From the NCBI GenBank assembly GCA_966186595.1, contig CBIFWO010000003.1, positions 306-64,305 on the forward strand: 64,000 bases of DNA, written 5' to 3'. Below, one piece after another: positions 45,251-55,186 of this stretch. The notes under the pieces were generated by a model, which was not told the origin of the DNA, did not search any database, and was given only the letters and a program-made list of their open reading frames with translations. Numbering within the stretch: position 1 is the stretch's first letter; every line of letters begins with the position of its first letter. The translations under genes and the position numbers were made by a program. Origin of the DNA: an uncultured bacterium. Lineage in GTDB: Bacteria > Patescibacteriota > Saccharimonadia > Saccharimonadales > Saccharimonadaceae.

Positions 45251-46984
45251 ATGCAGGATGCCAAAGAGGATGTGCGGTCGCGTCTCAATATCGAAGACGT
45301 CGTGGGCGAGTATGTCGAACTAAAGCGCGCGGGTCGTAATTTCAAAGGGCTCAGTCCATTCAGCGGCGAGAAAACACCAAGCTTTTTCGTCAGTCCCGAC
45401 AAACATATTTGGCATGATTTTTCTTCGAATAAGGGCGGCGATGTTTTTAGCTTTGTGATGGAAGTTGAGGGAATGGATTTTCGCGAGGCGCTAGAACATT
45501 TGGCGCGCAAGGCTGGTGTTGACCTGTCGCAATACGAGTCAAAGGGGAACAGAGAGATAGCACATCGCAAGAAGCGCTTGCTCCAGGCGAACAATCTGGC
45601 TGCAACGTACTACCAACACAGCCTGCTCAAGAACCAGCACGCGCTGGGGTACGTGTTCAAAAAACGTGGCCTCGACAAGCGAATTGTCGAAGTGTTTCGG
45701 ATTGGTTATGCGCCCGATAGTGGTGATGCGCTGGTGCAATTTTTGGTGAAAAAAGGTTTTTCAAAGAAGGAGCTGGCCGATGCTGGTCTGACGAACCGTT
45801 TTGGCGGCGATCTTTTCCGTGGACGAATGACGGTGCCCCTGATGGATCCGAGCGGTCAGGTGATTGGTTTTACAGGGCGAATTATCGTTGATGATCCAAA
45901 GGCTCCAAAATACCTTAATACGCCGCAGACATTGCTATACGACAAAAGCCGTCACGTCTTTGGGTTAAGTCAGGCGAAAGAGGCGATTCGCACGAATGAT
46001 TATGCCGTGATTGTCGAGGGTAATCTGGATGTAGTGAGCAGTCACCAGGCGGAAATTGCCGGCGTGGTTGCGACAGCGGGCACGGCGATTACCGATCATC
46101 ATCTTCGTGCGCTTCGGCGCCTCACGGGCAATGTTCGTTTGGCGTTTGACGGTGACAAGGCAGGAATCGCGGCGACGGAACGCGCCATCCCAATTGCCAG
46201 TCAGGTTGGTGTGGAGCTGACGATTATCACACTTCCTGAGGACGCCAAGGACCCCGATGAGCTCATCCAGCGTGACCCGAATCTTTGGCAACGGGCAATT
46301 AATGCATCACAGCCAGCGGTCGATTGGATTTTGGATCAATATAGTAGGCGGGAGAATTTGGAGACGGCAGCGGGAAAGCGAAATTTCACTACCGCTGCAC
46401 TGAATGTGGTGCGTAGCTTGAGTGATCCTGTCGAACGTGATCATTATGAAAAGAAAATCGCGGAGATGGTAGGCTCCTCGATTGAAGCGGTGCGGGCAAA
46501 ACTTCACTCGTCTGGAAAGGCCGAAATACAGGCGCTAAAACCTGTGGCCTCAAAGCGCAGCGACCTTACTCCGACCTATGATCATATCGATACCGTTCTT
46601 GGGCTGGCGCTGGCGAATTCGTCAGTGCGTGACCTTTTTAGCCAGCTCGAACCGGCGATGTTTGAAAACGAGAAAAGGGCGGCGGTGGCAGCATATGTCG
46701 CCGGACACCCTACGGGTCGTATTGACGATACACCAAAGGAGTTGCAAAACATTGATGACTATGTGAAAATAGTATTACTTAGGGCCGAGAAGAGATACAG
46801 TGGCTGGGATGAAAACGATCAATATTTTGAAGCAGCCAAACTCCTCCGCCAGTATAAAACCGAATACGAAAAGCAGAAATTAGAACAGAAAATCATCGCC
46901 GCCGAAGCAGCAGGCGATGAAGCCGAGGTGGAGCAACTTCGCATAAAACATTATGAACTAATCAAGGAGATAAAGCGTGCCTAA
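45251..46984 (+). CDS. dnaG: DNA primase DnaG (zinc-finger ligands substituted)
   Basis: 577 aa from ATG 45251; the track ORF begins upstream inside the antisense of the previous gene. EKTPSF motif. TOPRIM region ([16 protein letters not shown]). Confidence 0.9.
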   Translation: MQDAKEDVRSRLNIEDVVGEYVELKRAGRNFKGLSPFSGEKTPSFFVSPDKHIWHDFSSNKGGDVFSFVMEVEGMDFREALEHLARKAGVDLSQYESKGNREIAHRKKRLLQANNLAATYYQHSLLKNQHALGYVFKKRGLDKRIVEVFRIGYAPDSGDALVQFLVKKGFSKKELADAGLTNRFGGDLFRGRMTVPLMDPSGQVIGFTGRIIVDDPKAPKYLNTPQTLLYDKSRHVFGLSQAKEAIRTNDYAVIVEGNLDVVSSHQAEIAGVVATAGTAITDHHLRALRRLTGNVRLAFDGDKAGIAATERAIPIASQVGVELTIITLPEDAKDPDELIQRDPNLWQRAINASQPAVDWILDQYSRRENLETAAGKRNFTTAALNVVRSLSDPVERDHYEKKIAEMVGSSIEAVRAKLHSSGKAEIQALKPVASKRSDLTPTYDHIDTVLGLALANSSVRDLFSQLEPAMFENEKRAAVAAYVAGHPTGRIDDTPKELQNIDDYVKIVLLRAEKRYSGWDENDQYFEAAKLLRQYKTEYEKQKLEQKIIAAEAAGDEAEVEQLRIKHYELIKEIKRA

Positions 46985-47975
46985 GGATGACGACACAACC
47001 CTACCAACCGATGACGACCAAATGGTGGATGCCTCGGGCGGGCCACTGGGTGATATTGACGAACCGGCTCTGGATGAACTGGTCGATGAAGAAGAGGACG
47101 ATGTTGACGCTCTGAACAGCGGGCAATATTTTGACGATGTGTCGGACGACAGCGTGCGTCTGTATCTGCGGGAAATCGGCAAGATCCCACTCCTTTCTGC
47201 AGAGGAAGAACTTGCCCTGGCGCAGAAAGTTGTCGCCGGCGACAAAAAAGCTAAGGACAAAATGGCTGAGGCAAACATGCGTCTGGTCGTTTCGATCGCC
47301 AAGCGTTATAGCGGTCGCGGACTTGATTTCCTTGACTTGATCCAAGAAGGAAATACTGGACTACTGCGTGCCGTCGAAAAGTTTGACCCGGACAAGGGAT
47401 TTAAATTCAGTACCTACGCCACCTGGTGGATTCGCCAGGCAATTACCCGTGCTATCGCTGACCAAGCCCGCACCATTCGTATTCCAGTTCACATGGTCGA
47501 GACGATCAACAAGCTGCTTCGCACCCAGCGCCGCATGACCCAGGAGCTCAACCGTGAGCCGACCATTGATGAGCTGGCCAAAGAGCTCGAGATGGAGCCG
47601 GAAAAGGTTGAATACGTCATCAAGATCAAGCAGGACATCACCAGTCTTGATGCCGGAGTTGGACGCGACGGTGAAGATGAAGATAGTGTTCTTCAGGACT
47701 TTATCGAGGACGAAGATAGTGAGACGCCGGAGCAGGCGGCTACGAGCCAGCTTCTAAAGGAGCAGGTGCAGTCAATCCTCAGTACGCTTTCTGATCGTGA
47801 ACAAAAAATCGTGAAGATGCGTTTTGGTCTGGAAAACGGCAAGAGCCATACACTTGAGGAAGTTGGCCAGGAGTTTGCCGTCACGCGTGAGCGTATTCGT
47901 CAGATCGAGGCAAAAGCACTCGCCAAGCTTCGCAAGCATAAAGACGCCAAGAAACTCCACGAATACCTAGGATAA
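46977..47975 (+). CDS. rpoD: RNA polymerase sigma factor RpoD (group 1, short)
   Basis: 332 aa. Acidic N-terminus. Region 2 ([33 protein letters not shown]). Region 4 ([20 protein letters not shown]). Confidence 0.95.
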   Translation: MPKDDDTTLPTDDDQMVDASGGPLGDIDEPALDELVDEEEDDVDALNSGQYFDDVSDDSVRLYLREIGKIPLLSAEEELALAQKVVAGDKKAKDKMAEANMRLVVSIAKRYSGRGLDFLDLIQEGNTGLLRAVEKFDPDKGFKFSTYATWWIRQAITRAIADQARTIRIPVHMVETINKLLRTQRRMTQELNREPTIDELAKELEMEPEKVEYVIKIKQDITSLDAGVGRDGEDEDSVLQDFIEDEDSETPEQAATSQLLKEQVQSILSTLSDREQKIVKMRFGLENGKSHTLEEVGQEFAVTRERIRQIEAKALAKLRKHKDAKKLHEYLG

Positions 47976-48308
47976 ATGAATAACCAAGAGCGCCGGCAGC
48001 AGAGAACAATTCTGGGCTGGGCGCTTGAGGTGCCTCCTAGTCGTCTGGCGGGCTATCCGCTGAAGGAGGGAATAGAGGACTTACAGACGCAGCTTTTCGA
48101 GCTGCTTCAAGAGGGTGAGATAAGCCGGATTGCTCCGGATGCGGGTAGTGACAAGGAACTAAAGAAGCGCCTTCTCAGGGTAGAAAAGGCGCTTGCTGGT
48201 GTGTCATTTCGTGCGATCGCCGAGGAAGAGGGTGTGGGGTTGGTTGCGGTGCGGGATTCTATCAAATACGCACTCAAGAGGCTAAAGATAACAGGGTATT
48301 TGGAATAA
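47976..48308 (+). CDS. hypothetical small protein with sigma region-4-like HTH
   Basis: 110 aa, immediately after rpoD. The C-terminal VSFRAIAEEEGVGLVAVRDSIKYALKRL resembles an HTH. Confidence 0.5.
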   Translation: MNNQERRQQRTILGWALEVPPSRLAGYPLKEGIEDLQTQLFELLQEGEISRIAPDAGSDKELKKRLLRVEKALAGVSFRAIAEEEGVGLVAVRDSIKYALKRLKITGYLE

Positions 48309-48394
48309 AACCATGGAGAGGCCCACCGAAGGACGCTGCGCCAGGAGGAATCGGTGACGTCCTCGGCGGGATCTCTCCGGCGGGCAGTGCCCGT

Positions 48395-48763
48395 CTACTC
48401 AGCCAGTGCTGCCTCTATCGCGGCCTCCATGGTGACGTGGCAGGCCACTTCACTGTCCTTGTCAAGAATGGAGGACAGTTTGATGAAGGTTGCTCCGTCG
48501 AACATGAAGGTGAAGTCGATGAGAATCGGACCGCGAGCCTCCTCCACAAGCCTCTGGAGGCGGGGACTGAGCTCGTTGAAAGACACCCAGGGTCGGAAGG
48601 ACGAGAAGTCATCCGACATGGGCGTGAGCTGGACAACGGAAGGAGATGAATCAGAGTGGGTCACCATTCGCGTGTAACAGCTCAGTTGAATTACCTCTGG
48701 GCCCTGGATGAACTTTCCATTGCCGTTAGTGGAGTACAGACGAACTGTTCGGAATTCCCTCAA
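48395..48763 (-). CDS. GC-rich hypothetical protein (122 aa)
   Basis: TTG start 4 nt after GGAGGTG, with a TATAAT upstream. A long imperfect hairpin sits downstream at about 48316..48376. No family recognised. Confidence 0.55.
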   Translation of the reverse strand: MREFRTVRLYSTNGNGKFIQGPEVIQLSCYTRMVTHSDSSPSVVQLTPMSDDFSSFRPWVSFNELSPRLQRLVEEARGPILIDFTFMFDGATFIKLSSILDKDSEVACHVTMEAAIEAALAE

Positions 48764-48821
48764 CAGACACCTCCGCTGTGTAGGTGGACGTACTAATTAT
48801 AAAACAAATTTCGAATATCGG

Positions 48822-49391
48822 CTAGAATTCAATTGCTTCTAGCACTTTGTCTACTTGTTGATATAGATATTCCGGATCTTTGTCATTCATCACAAAATAG
48901 TCGGCAATCGCAATCGGTCCACCTTTTTCGATGTCCTCGATCTCCCGCCAGTCACGATTGTCAACCTCGGCAGGAGTAAGGGGTCGTTCTGACCGCTCGG
49001 CAGACCTGCGGTGGCGTAGATGCTTTGGTGCAACGACGGCGATAAAAGTAAGCTCTCCGGGAAATGCATGTTTGAGAATTTTGTATTCGGTCCAGCTGTA
49101 CACTCCGTCTGCGATCAGTCGGTGCTGACCGGCATCGATCAGATTATTGAGTTGCTTGACGGCACGGTTAACGACAAAATCTTTGCCCTCGCGAGCTCGG
49201 ATCTCGACCCGAAATTTGTCTTCCTGGGGCCAATCGCCAGGGGTGAGGCCGGCTTCTTTCATGGCTTCATAAAAAATACCGCCAAAGTAAACCTTGGGGT
49301 ATCCTTTTTCAGTTAAGTAGTCGACAGCGGTGCTCTTACCACTTCCGGCCAATCCGACAAAGGCGATAATCTTGACGTTGGGATGCTTCAT
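48822..49391 (-). CDS. P-loop kinase-like protein (dephospho-CoA kinase / dNMP kinase-like)
   Basis: 189 aa. Walker A GLAGSGKST. Backbone GC content. Confidence 0.6.
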   Translation of the reverse strand: MKHPNVKIIAFVGLAGSGKSTAVDYLTEKGYPKVYFGGIFYEAMKEAGLTPGDWPQEDKFRVEIRAREGKDFVVNRAVKQLNNLIDAGQHRLIADGVYSWTEYKILKHAFPGELTFIAVVAPKHLRHRRSAERSERPLTPAEVDNRDWREIEDIEKGGPIAIADYFVMNDKDPEYLYQQVDKVLEAIEF

Positions 49392-49436
49392 GATTTCAGT
49401 GTAGCAGATGGGATGTGTATCCTGAAGAACTTCCTA

Positions 49437-49471
49437 AAGGGGTGTTCCGACACGTGGTCGGACACCCCCTT
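49437..49471 (-). terminator. hairpin downstream of GC-rich gene 49476..49871
   Basis: Imperfect 15-nt arms (aaggggtgttccgac / gtcggacaccccctt) with a 5-nt loop. Confidence 0.5.
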
Positions 49472-49475
49472 AGGT

Positions 49476-49871
49476 TTAGCGGACGTAGCCGCATGCCGCA
49501 ACCAGTGCTTCCATCTCGCCCATGTACAGGCAGAACTGGAAGTAGCCGACCACCGGTACGACGTACACTGCCTTCATGCTTGGCTTCAGCTCCATGTGTG
49601 GCAGGCAGCCTCGGAACGCTGCCTCGGAGAGACCCTTGCGTGGGTCCAAGCTGCCAAGAATGGGCGTGTCCCCATCCAACAGCCAGTACTCCGGAGCGTG
49701 CTCGGGAGCGAAGTGGCCGTCGTAGAACCATTCCTCTGCCTTCTCAGTCGGGTCCCAGATGTACCCATCACGAACCTGGCTGAGGGGGCTACTGAAGCAC
49801 TGCGCAAGAGCGGCGATGCCGCTTTTTTCTGCAGCGTCCAGTAATACGGGGTAATTGCAATAACCGGACAC
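49476..49871 (-). CDS. GC-rich hypothetical protein (131 aa)
   Basis: GTG start after GGAGGTGG. TTGATA-N16-TATAAT at 49926..49899. No confident family; loosely immunity-protein-like. Confidence 0.55.
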   Translation of the reverse strand: MSGYCNYPVLLDAAEKSGIAALAQCFSSPLSQVRDGYIWDPTEKAEEWFYDGHFAPEHAPEYWLLDGDTPILGSLDPRKGLSEAAFRGCLPHMELKPSMKAVYVVPVVGYFQFCLYMGEMEALVAACGYVR

Positions 49872-49956
49872 GTATCCACCTCCTGGTTGGACAAGATTAT
49901 TATACCATCAATATTCAAGCTATCAACATATAGTGTAAAAGGGTATACTAGAAGAG

Positions 49957-52506
49957 ATGAAACGACTTGTTGTTATTGATGGAAAGTCTGTCTACTACCG
50001 GGGGTACTATGCGATGCCGGGCCTCAGTATGCGGGATGGCACGCCGACGGGCGGGGTATTTGGGTTTGCTTCCTTGGCTCTCGAGGTGATTAACAAACTT
50101 CAGCCCGATTATGTAGCAGTTGCCTGGGATAAAAAAGGCACGAATATTCGCAAGCGCAAAGAGATCTATGCCGATTACAAAGCTGGTCGCAAAGCGGCGC
50201 CGCCTGATTTTTACGAACAAATTCCGATGCTGTATGAACTGCTCGAGGCGTTTGGCTGGCCGCTCTACGAACTTGACGATTACGAGGCTGACGACATTAT
50301 GGGGACGCTCGCGAAAGAGGCAAGTGAAAAGGGGATTGAGACCTGTCTGATTACCTCCGACCTTGATGCATTGCAGTGTGTTGGCCCGCTGACGCATGTT
50401 TATGCCCTTAAAAAAGGGTTTAGTGAAATCGACGAGTACACACCGGAATATTTTGAACAAAAATATGGTATTCGCGTCGATCAGTTCCTCGATCTCAAAT
50501 CGCTCAAGGGTGACAGTAGCGACAATATTCCGGGTGTGCCAGGAGTTGGCGAGAAGACGGCGATTCAATTACTGCAAGATTACGAGACCCTGGATGGCAT
50601 TTATGCGCACCTCGATGACATCAAGCCAAGTGTGGCGAAAAAGTTGGAGGCGGGTAAAGATTCGGCCTACCTCAGTAAAAAAGTTGCAGAAATCTGGTGT
50701 GACGCACCGATGCCGCTAGATTTAAAGGCGACTGATTCACACGATTTAGATACGGAAAAATTAGCGGCGCTCCTTAAGCGCTTCGAGTTCAATTCGCTCG
50801 TCCGCCGCTTACCAAAACACATGCAGCATACTAATCAGGGAAGTCTGTTCGCCCAGGCAGAGCCAGCGACCAAGGCACCTGAACTAAAGGCGGCCGATTG
50901 GCCAACGACTTTAACGCTTGAAGCGAATGCCGAGGTGCTCCTCCATGTCTTAAACGACACGGTATGGCTCTCGACCGATAAGGTCAGTTATGCGACGTTG
51001 CCCCTAAAAGAAGTGGACGCGAGCATCTGGCGCGGCATCGAAATGACGAAGGTTATCGCGTATGATGCCAAGGCACTTTATCATGCTGCGCATAAACAGG
51101 GCGTGGAAGTTCGTTTTGATCAACTCCATGATATTCGCCAGGGCGCGTTTTTGTTGGATTCGCTCATGCGCGACCGCTCGATTTCCGGTCTGTCGCAGGA
51201 TGAAATAGATGAGAAAAATCCGGCACAGGCCATGGCGGCATTGTGGCACGAATACGCCCGCCAGGTGGCCGAGTTTGAAAAAGTACCAAAGCTCGCTGAA
51301 GTGGCCGAGAAGCTTGACTTTCCACTGACCTACATGCTCTACCAGATGGAAGCAAAAGGTATCAAGATCGACACGACACTGCTTGCCTCGATGAGCAAGG
51401 AGCTTGGGGATGAACATGCCAAGCTCGAACAAGAAATGTATACAATGGTTGGCCACGAGTTTAATATTGGCAGTCCCAGCCAGCTTTCGGATGTACTCTT
51501 TACGAAATTGCAGCTCCCGACAACAGGGATCAAGAAGGGTAAGACGGGCTACAGCACGGGTCAAAAAGAGCTCGACAAGTTGCGTGGGCTTCATCCCATT
51601 ATTGAATTGATTGAACGCACGCGTGAGCTCGCGAAGCTAAAGAACACCTATGTTGACACACTGCCAAAGGCCATCGACACGGACGGCCGCGTGCATACCA
51701 CATTTAACCAGGATGGTTCGGCGAGTGGACGGCTCAATAGTATTAACCCAAACCTTCAGAACATTCCAGTTCGCAGTGATCTAGGTCGTCGCATCCGCGA
51801 GGCGTTTATTCCGGAAGAGGGCAACGTACTCGTTAGTGCCGACTATTCGCAGTTTGAACTTCGTCTAGCGGCAGTGTTAGCGGGTGATCAAAAGTTAATA
51901 GATGATTTTAACGGTGATGTCGATATTCATGCCAAGACGGCCAGTGAAACCTACGGTATTCCGCTAAAAGAGGTGACGAAAAATCAGCGTCGTGCAGCCA
52001 AGGTAATTAACTTTGGTATCTTGTACGGTATGAGCCCGCACGGTCTGGCGGTTGCTGCCAACATGACATTCGAGGACGCCAAAAAATTCATCGACCACTA
52101 TTTTGAACTTCGCGCCCCGATTCGTAAATTCATCGACGACACACTAGAAAAGGCCAAAACTGATGGCTACGTCGAAACGTACTTTGGCCGTCGTCGGCCG
52201 ACACCCGACGTTAACAGCAGCAATTTTATGGTTCGCGAGGGAGCCAAGCGTGCCGCCGCCAACATGCCAATCCAGGGAACCGAGGCTGACCTGATGAAGA
52301 TGGCAATGTTAAAGGTTGATGAAAAAATTGGTAATCTTGGTGATCAAGTACTACAAATTCACGACAGTATCCTCGTCGAATGTCCAAAGGGGAATGCTGA
52401 CAAAGTTGCAGATCTTCTCAAAGACACCATGGAACACATTTATCCAGAGCTGAAAATAAAGCTCAAAGTTGATGTGACGATCGGCAAAAACTGGGGTGAG
52501 CTGTAG
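49957..52506 (+). CDS. polA: DNA polymerase I
   Basis: 849 aa. 5' nuclease domain (LKGDSSDNIPGVPGVGEKTA). Polymerase motifs DYSQFELR, RRAAKVINFGILYG and QIHDS. Confidence 0.95.
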   Translation: MKRLVVIDGKSVYYRGYYAMPGLSMRDGTPTGGVFGFASLALEVINKLQPDYVAVAWDKKGTNIRKRKEIYADYKAGRKAAPPDFYEQIPMLYELLEAFGWPLYELDDYEADDIMGTLAKEASEKGIETCLITSDLDALQCVGPLTHVYALKKGFSEIDEYTPEYFEQKYGIRVDQFLDLKSLKGDSSDNIPGVPGVGEKTAIQLLQDYETLDGIYAHLDDIKPSVAKKLEAGKDSAYLSKKVAEIWCDAPMPLDLKATDSHDLDTEKLAALLKRFEFNSLVRRLPKHMQHTNQGSLFAQAEPATKAPELKAADWPTTLTLEANAEVLLHVLNDTVWLSTDKVSYATLPLKEVDASIWRGIEMTKVIAYDAKALYHAAHKQGVEVRFDQLHDIRQGAFLLDSLMRDRSISGLSQDEIDEKNPAQAMAALWHEYARQVAEFEKVPKLAEVAEKLDFPLTYMLYQMEAKGIKIDTTLLASMSKELGDEHAKLEQEMYTMVGHEFNIGSPSQLSDVLFTKLQLPTTGIKKGKTGYSTGQKELDKLRGLHPIIELIERTRELAKLKNTYVDTLPKAIDTDGRVHTTFNQDGSASGRLNSINPNLQNIPVRSDLGRRIREAFIPEEGNVLVSADYSQFELRLAAVLAGDQKLIDDFNGDVDIHAKTASETYGIPLKEVTKNQRRAAKVINFGILYGMSPHGLAVAANMTFEDAKKFIDHYFELRAPIRKFIDDTLEKAKTDGYVETYFGRRRPTPDVNSSNFMVREGAKRAAANMPIQGTEADLMKMAMLKVDEKIGNLGDQVLQIHDSILVECPKGNADKVADLLKDTMEHIYPELKIKLKVDVTIGKNWGEL

Positions 52507-52913
52507 TGGCGCATCTGCGAAAAGCAGCTGGCGTCATTGTAAAGGACAAGAAGTTGCTTGTAGTTCGAAGCAAGGGGAAAGAAATTTTCTTTGCGCCAGG
52601 TGGCAAACTAGAGGAAGACGAAACGTACGAGCAAGCATTGATTCGAGAATTAAAAGAGGAGCTTGCGATGGATTTGCAAGCCCATCATTACGAGCATTTT
52701 GGCAGTTTTACCGCCGAGGCCGATGACAAACCGGGAGTTATATTGCATATGACGACATTTCTGATCAAAGATTATGACGGTCCGCTGACAGCGAGCAGTG
52801 AGATTGAGGAGCTGGCTTGGATCGATGCAGAAAATACGGCAGGCGTTCTGATCGGCTCCATTTTTCGGCACGATGTGCTACCGCTTCTTGTCTCCAGAGG
52901 TATGGTAGAGTGA
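52506..52913 (+). CDS. NUDIX hydrolase
   Basis: 135 aa, GTG start. Nudix box GGKLEEDETYEQALIRELKEEL. Confidence 0.85.
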   Translation: MAHLRKAAGVIVKDKKLLVVRSKGKEIFFAPGGKLEEDETYEQALIRELKEELAMDLQAHHYEHFGSFTAEADDKPGVILHMTTFLIKDYDGPLTASSEIEELAWIDAENTAGVLIGSIFRHDVLPLLVSRGMVE

Positions 52914-52989
52914 CTTGTGCAACTTAAAAATCGTGTATAATCATAACCATAAACAACTATAAACAGCAAATTGACTAAAGAAAATAAAA

Positions 52990-53607
52990 ATGGTAAAATT
53001 TGGTGGTATGTACAGAGGTAACGGCACGCGGGTTCTCCCCATTATCATCGTCCTTATCATCGTGGCGATTGCGATCGCTGCACTTGTTTCGGTTGGGCGT
53101 AATATTTTTGGCGGTGGAGAAACGACCAATCAACCAACAGATACCAGTCGCACAACCCTTCTGAGCACTGGACCGGAATATAGTGTTCGTATGACTGTTC
53201 GCGGTTCGATTGTGGCTGAGGAAAGCTTTCGCTCGTATCGTGTGACGATCAGCCCGAACGACAGGACGCTCACGACCTATGCTGGCTACCTCGAGCAGCC
53301 GCTCGAGACGAAACAGCTCTCCAATAACGTCAAGTCCTACGACGAATTTGTTCACGCCTTAGAGCTGGCCAATATGGTGGACGGCGTGGCATTTACGGGC
53401 GACAAAGACGACACGCGTGGCATCTGCGCCAAGGGGAATTTGTATGAATTTGAGGTACTCCGTAATGGATCGACCGTGAAGCGTCTGTGGACGTCAACCT
53501 GTCGCGGTTCGGCCGGATCTCTACGGGCAAATGCCACCCAGCTTCAGGATCTTTTCCTCAATCAGATTCCGGATAACAAGGAAATCCTCAAGAAAATCGA
53601 TTTATAA
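52990..53607 (+). CDS. hypothetical membrane-anchored protein
   Basis: 205 aa (an alternative start is ATG 53017, MYRGNG). One TM (VLPIIIVLIIVAIAIAALV). No family recognised. Confidence 0.6.
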   Translation: MVKFGGMYRGNGTRVLPIIIVLIIVAIAIAALVSVGRNIFGGGETTNQPTDTSRTTLLSTGPEYSVRMTVRGSIVAEESFRSYRVTISPNDRTLTTYAGYLEQPLETKQLSNNVKSYDEFVHALELANMVDGVAFTGDKDDTRGICAKGNLYEFEVLRNGSTVKRLWTSTCRGSAGSLRANATQLQDLFLNQIPDNKEILKKIDL

Positions 53608-53645
53608 TTTGAATCTCACCCCTGATAGCGCGTATACTGATAAAG

Positions 53646-54227
53646 ATGATACGCGCTATTATTTTTGATTGCTTCGGTGTGTTGTACGTGCCGACGACCG
53701 TCGTGTACTTCGAGAAATTCCCCGAGCTTCATGACGAACTTTATGACCTCAACAAAATGTCAGATCATGGGTTTATTGGCAAGCAGGAGTATGTGACGGC
53801 GGTCGCCAAACTTACTGGTGTGAGTGAAGAGGAAACGCTCAAAGAATTTCAAAAAGAGTATACAATTAACCAGCCGCTGATCGATTACATTCGTAGCGAT
53901 ATAAAACCCCGCTATAAGACAGCGCTTCTTAGTAATATCGGGGATGAGTGGGTGAGGGATTTTTTTGATGAGCATCAACTTCACGATCTGTTCGACGAAG
54001 TGGTGTTGTCGAGTCAGGAGGGCTTATCAAAGCCAAACCCCAGGGTCTTTGAGCGAACGGCTGAAAAATTGGGCGTGTACACGGACGAGTGTATTATGAT
54101 TGATGATCATCCCGAGAACTGCGAGGGCGCTAGGGCGGCTGGCATGCAGTCGCTTGAATTTGGAGCGAAAATGACGATCAAAGACATCGAGGATTTTATT
54201 CAGAAGGCGGAGGGCGAAAATGCCTGA
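53646..54227 (+). CDS. HAD-superfamily hydrolase
   Basis: 193 aa. Motif I IIFDCFGVL and motif IV IMIDDHPEN. Confidence 0.7.
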   Translation: MIRAIIFDCFGVLYVPTTVVYFEKFPELHDELYDLNKMSDHGFIGKQEYVTAVAKLTGVSEEETLKEFQKEYTINQPLIDYIRSDIKPRYKTALLSNIGDEWVRDFFDEHQLHDLFDEVVLSSQEGLSKPNPRVFERTAEKLGVYTDECIMIDDHPENCEGARAAGMQSLEFGAKMTIKDIEDFIQKAEGENA

Positions 54228-55092
54228 ACTTCCTGAGGTCGAGACGGTTCGGCGCGGACTTGAAAAGCTGATTATCCATAAAGTGATAAAAGTGGCAACG
54301 AGCGACAGTCCAAAAAGCTTTCCGAATGCACCTGCCGACGTCGAGCAGTTTCTAATCGGCGCTAAAATAACTGCGGTGCGCCGCCGTGCTAAGGTGTTGA
54401 TGATTGACCTGGATAACGCGTATTCCCTGATGATCCATTTAAAGATGACAGGGCAGTTAGTGTATGTTGGCGAATCACGTTTTGGTGCCGGTCACCCAAA
54501 TGAAAGCCTTGTTCGCGAACTCCCAGATCGCTCAACACGCGTGACGATCGAATTTGCTGATGGTTCACACCTTTACTTTAACGATCAGCGCAAATTCGGC
54601 TGGATAAAATTGTTACCCAGTATCGAAATCCCCAATATCGATTTCATGAAAAAAGTTGGCCCCGAGCCGCTTGAGGCGGGCTTCACTTGGCAAGAATTCA
54701 CCGACCGTTTTAAGCGGCGCAAGGGGACGAGTATCAAAGCGGCACTCCTCGATCAGACCGTCATCGCCGGGGTGGGAAATATCTATGCCGACGAAAGCCT
54801 GTGGGGTGCCAAGATTCACCCAAAGCGATTGGTAGGTATCATAACGTCAGACGAATTTCACACGTTATATAAAGAACTTCGGGATGTTATGAACATGGCA
54901 ATTGAAAAAGGTGGCAGCACGGACAAAAACTACGTCAATGCCGAGGGAAAGCGGGGAAGCTACATGGATTTTGCTCGCGTTTTTCGCCGCGAAGGCAAGC
55001 CCTGCCCGCGTTGTGGAACGACAATAATCAAGTTCAAGGCCGCTGGTCGGGGCACTCACATCTGCCCACGATGCCAGACTATTGACTTATAG
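54220..55092 (+). CDS. mutM: formamidopyrimidine-DNA glycosylase
   Basis: 290 aa. N-terminal MPELPEVE and a C-terminal zinc finger CPRCG...CPRCQ. Confidence 0.93.
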   Translation: MPELPEVETVRRGLEKLIIHKVIKVATSDSPKSFPNAPADVEQFLIGAKITAVRRRAKVLMIDLDNAYSLMIHLKMTGQLVYVGESRFGAGHPNESLVRELPDRSTRVTIEFADGSHLYFNDQRKFGWIKLLPSIEIPNIDFMKKVGPEPLEAGFTWQEFTDRFKRRKGTSIKAALLDQTVIAGVGNIYADESLWGAKIHPKRLVGIITSDEFHTLYKELRDVMNMAIEKGGSTDKNYVNAEGKRGSYMDFARVFRREGKPCPRCGTTIIKFKAAGRGTHICPRCQTIDL

Positions 55093-55186
55093 TCTATAAA
55101 ATGCTAATGTTTTATTAGTATTAAAAAACAAAATAAAAAGTCAATATTCATGAAACGAAGCCCCGTTCGCGAACCATCTGTCACAT

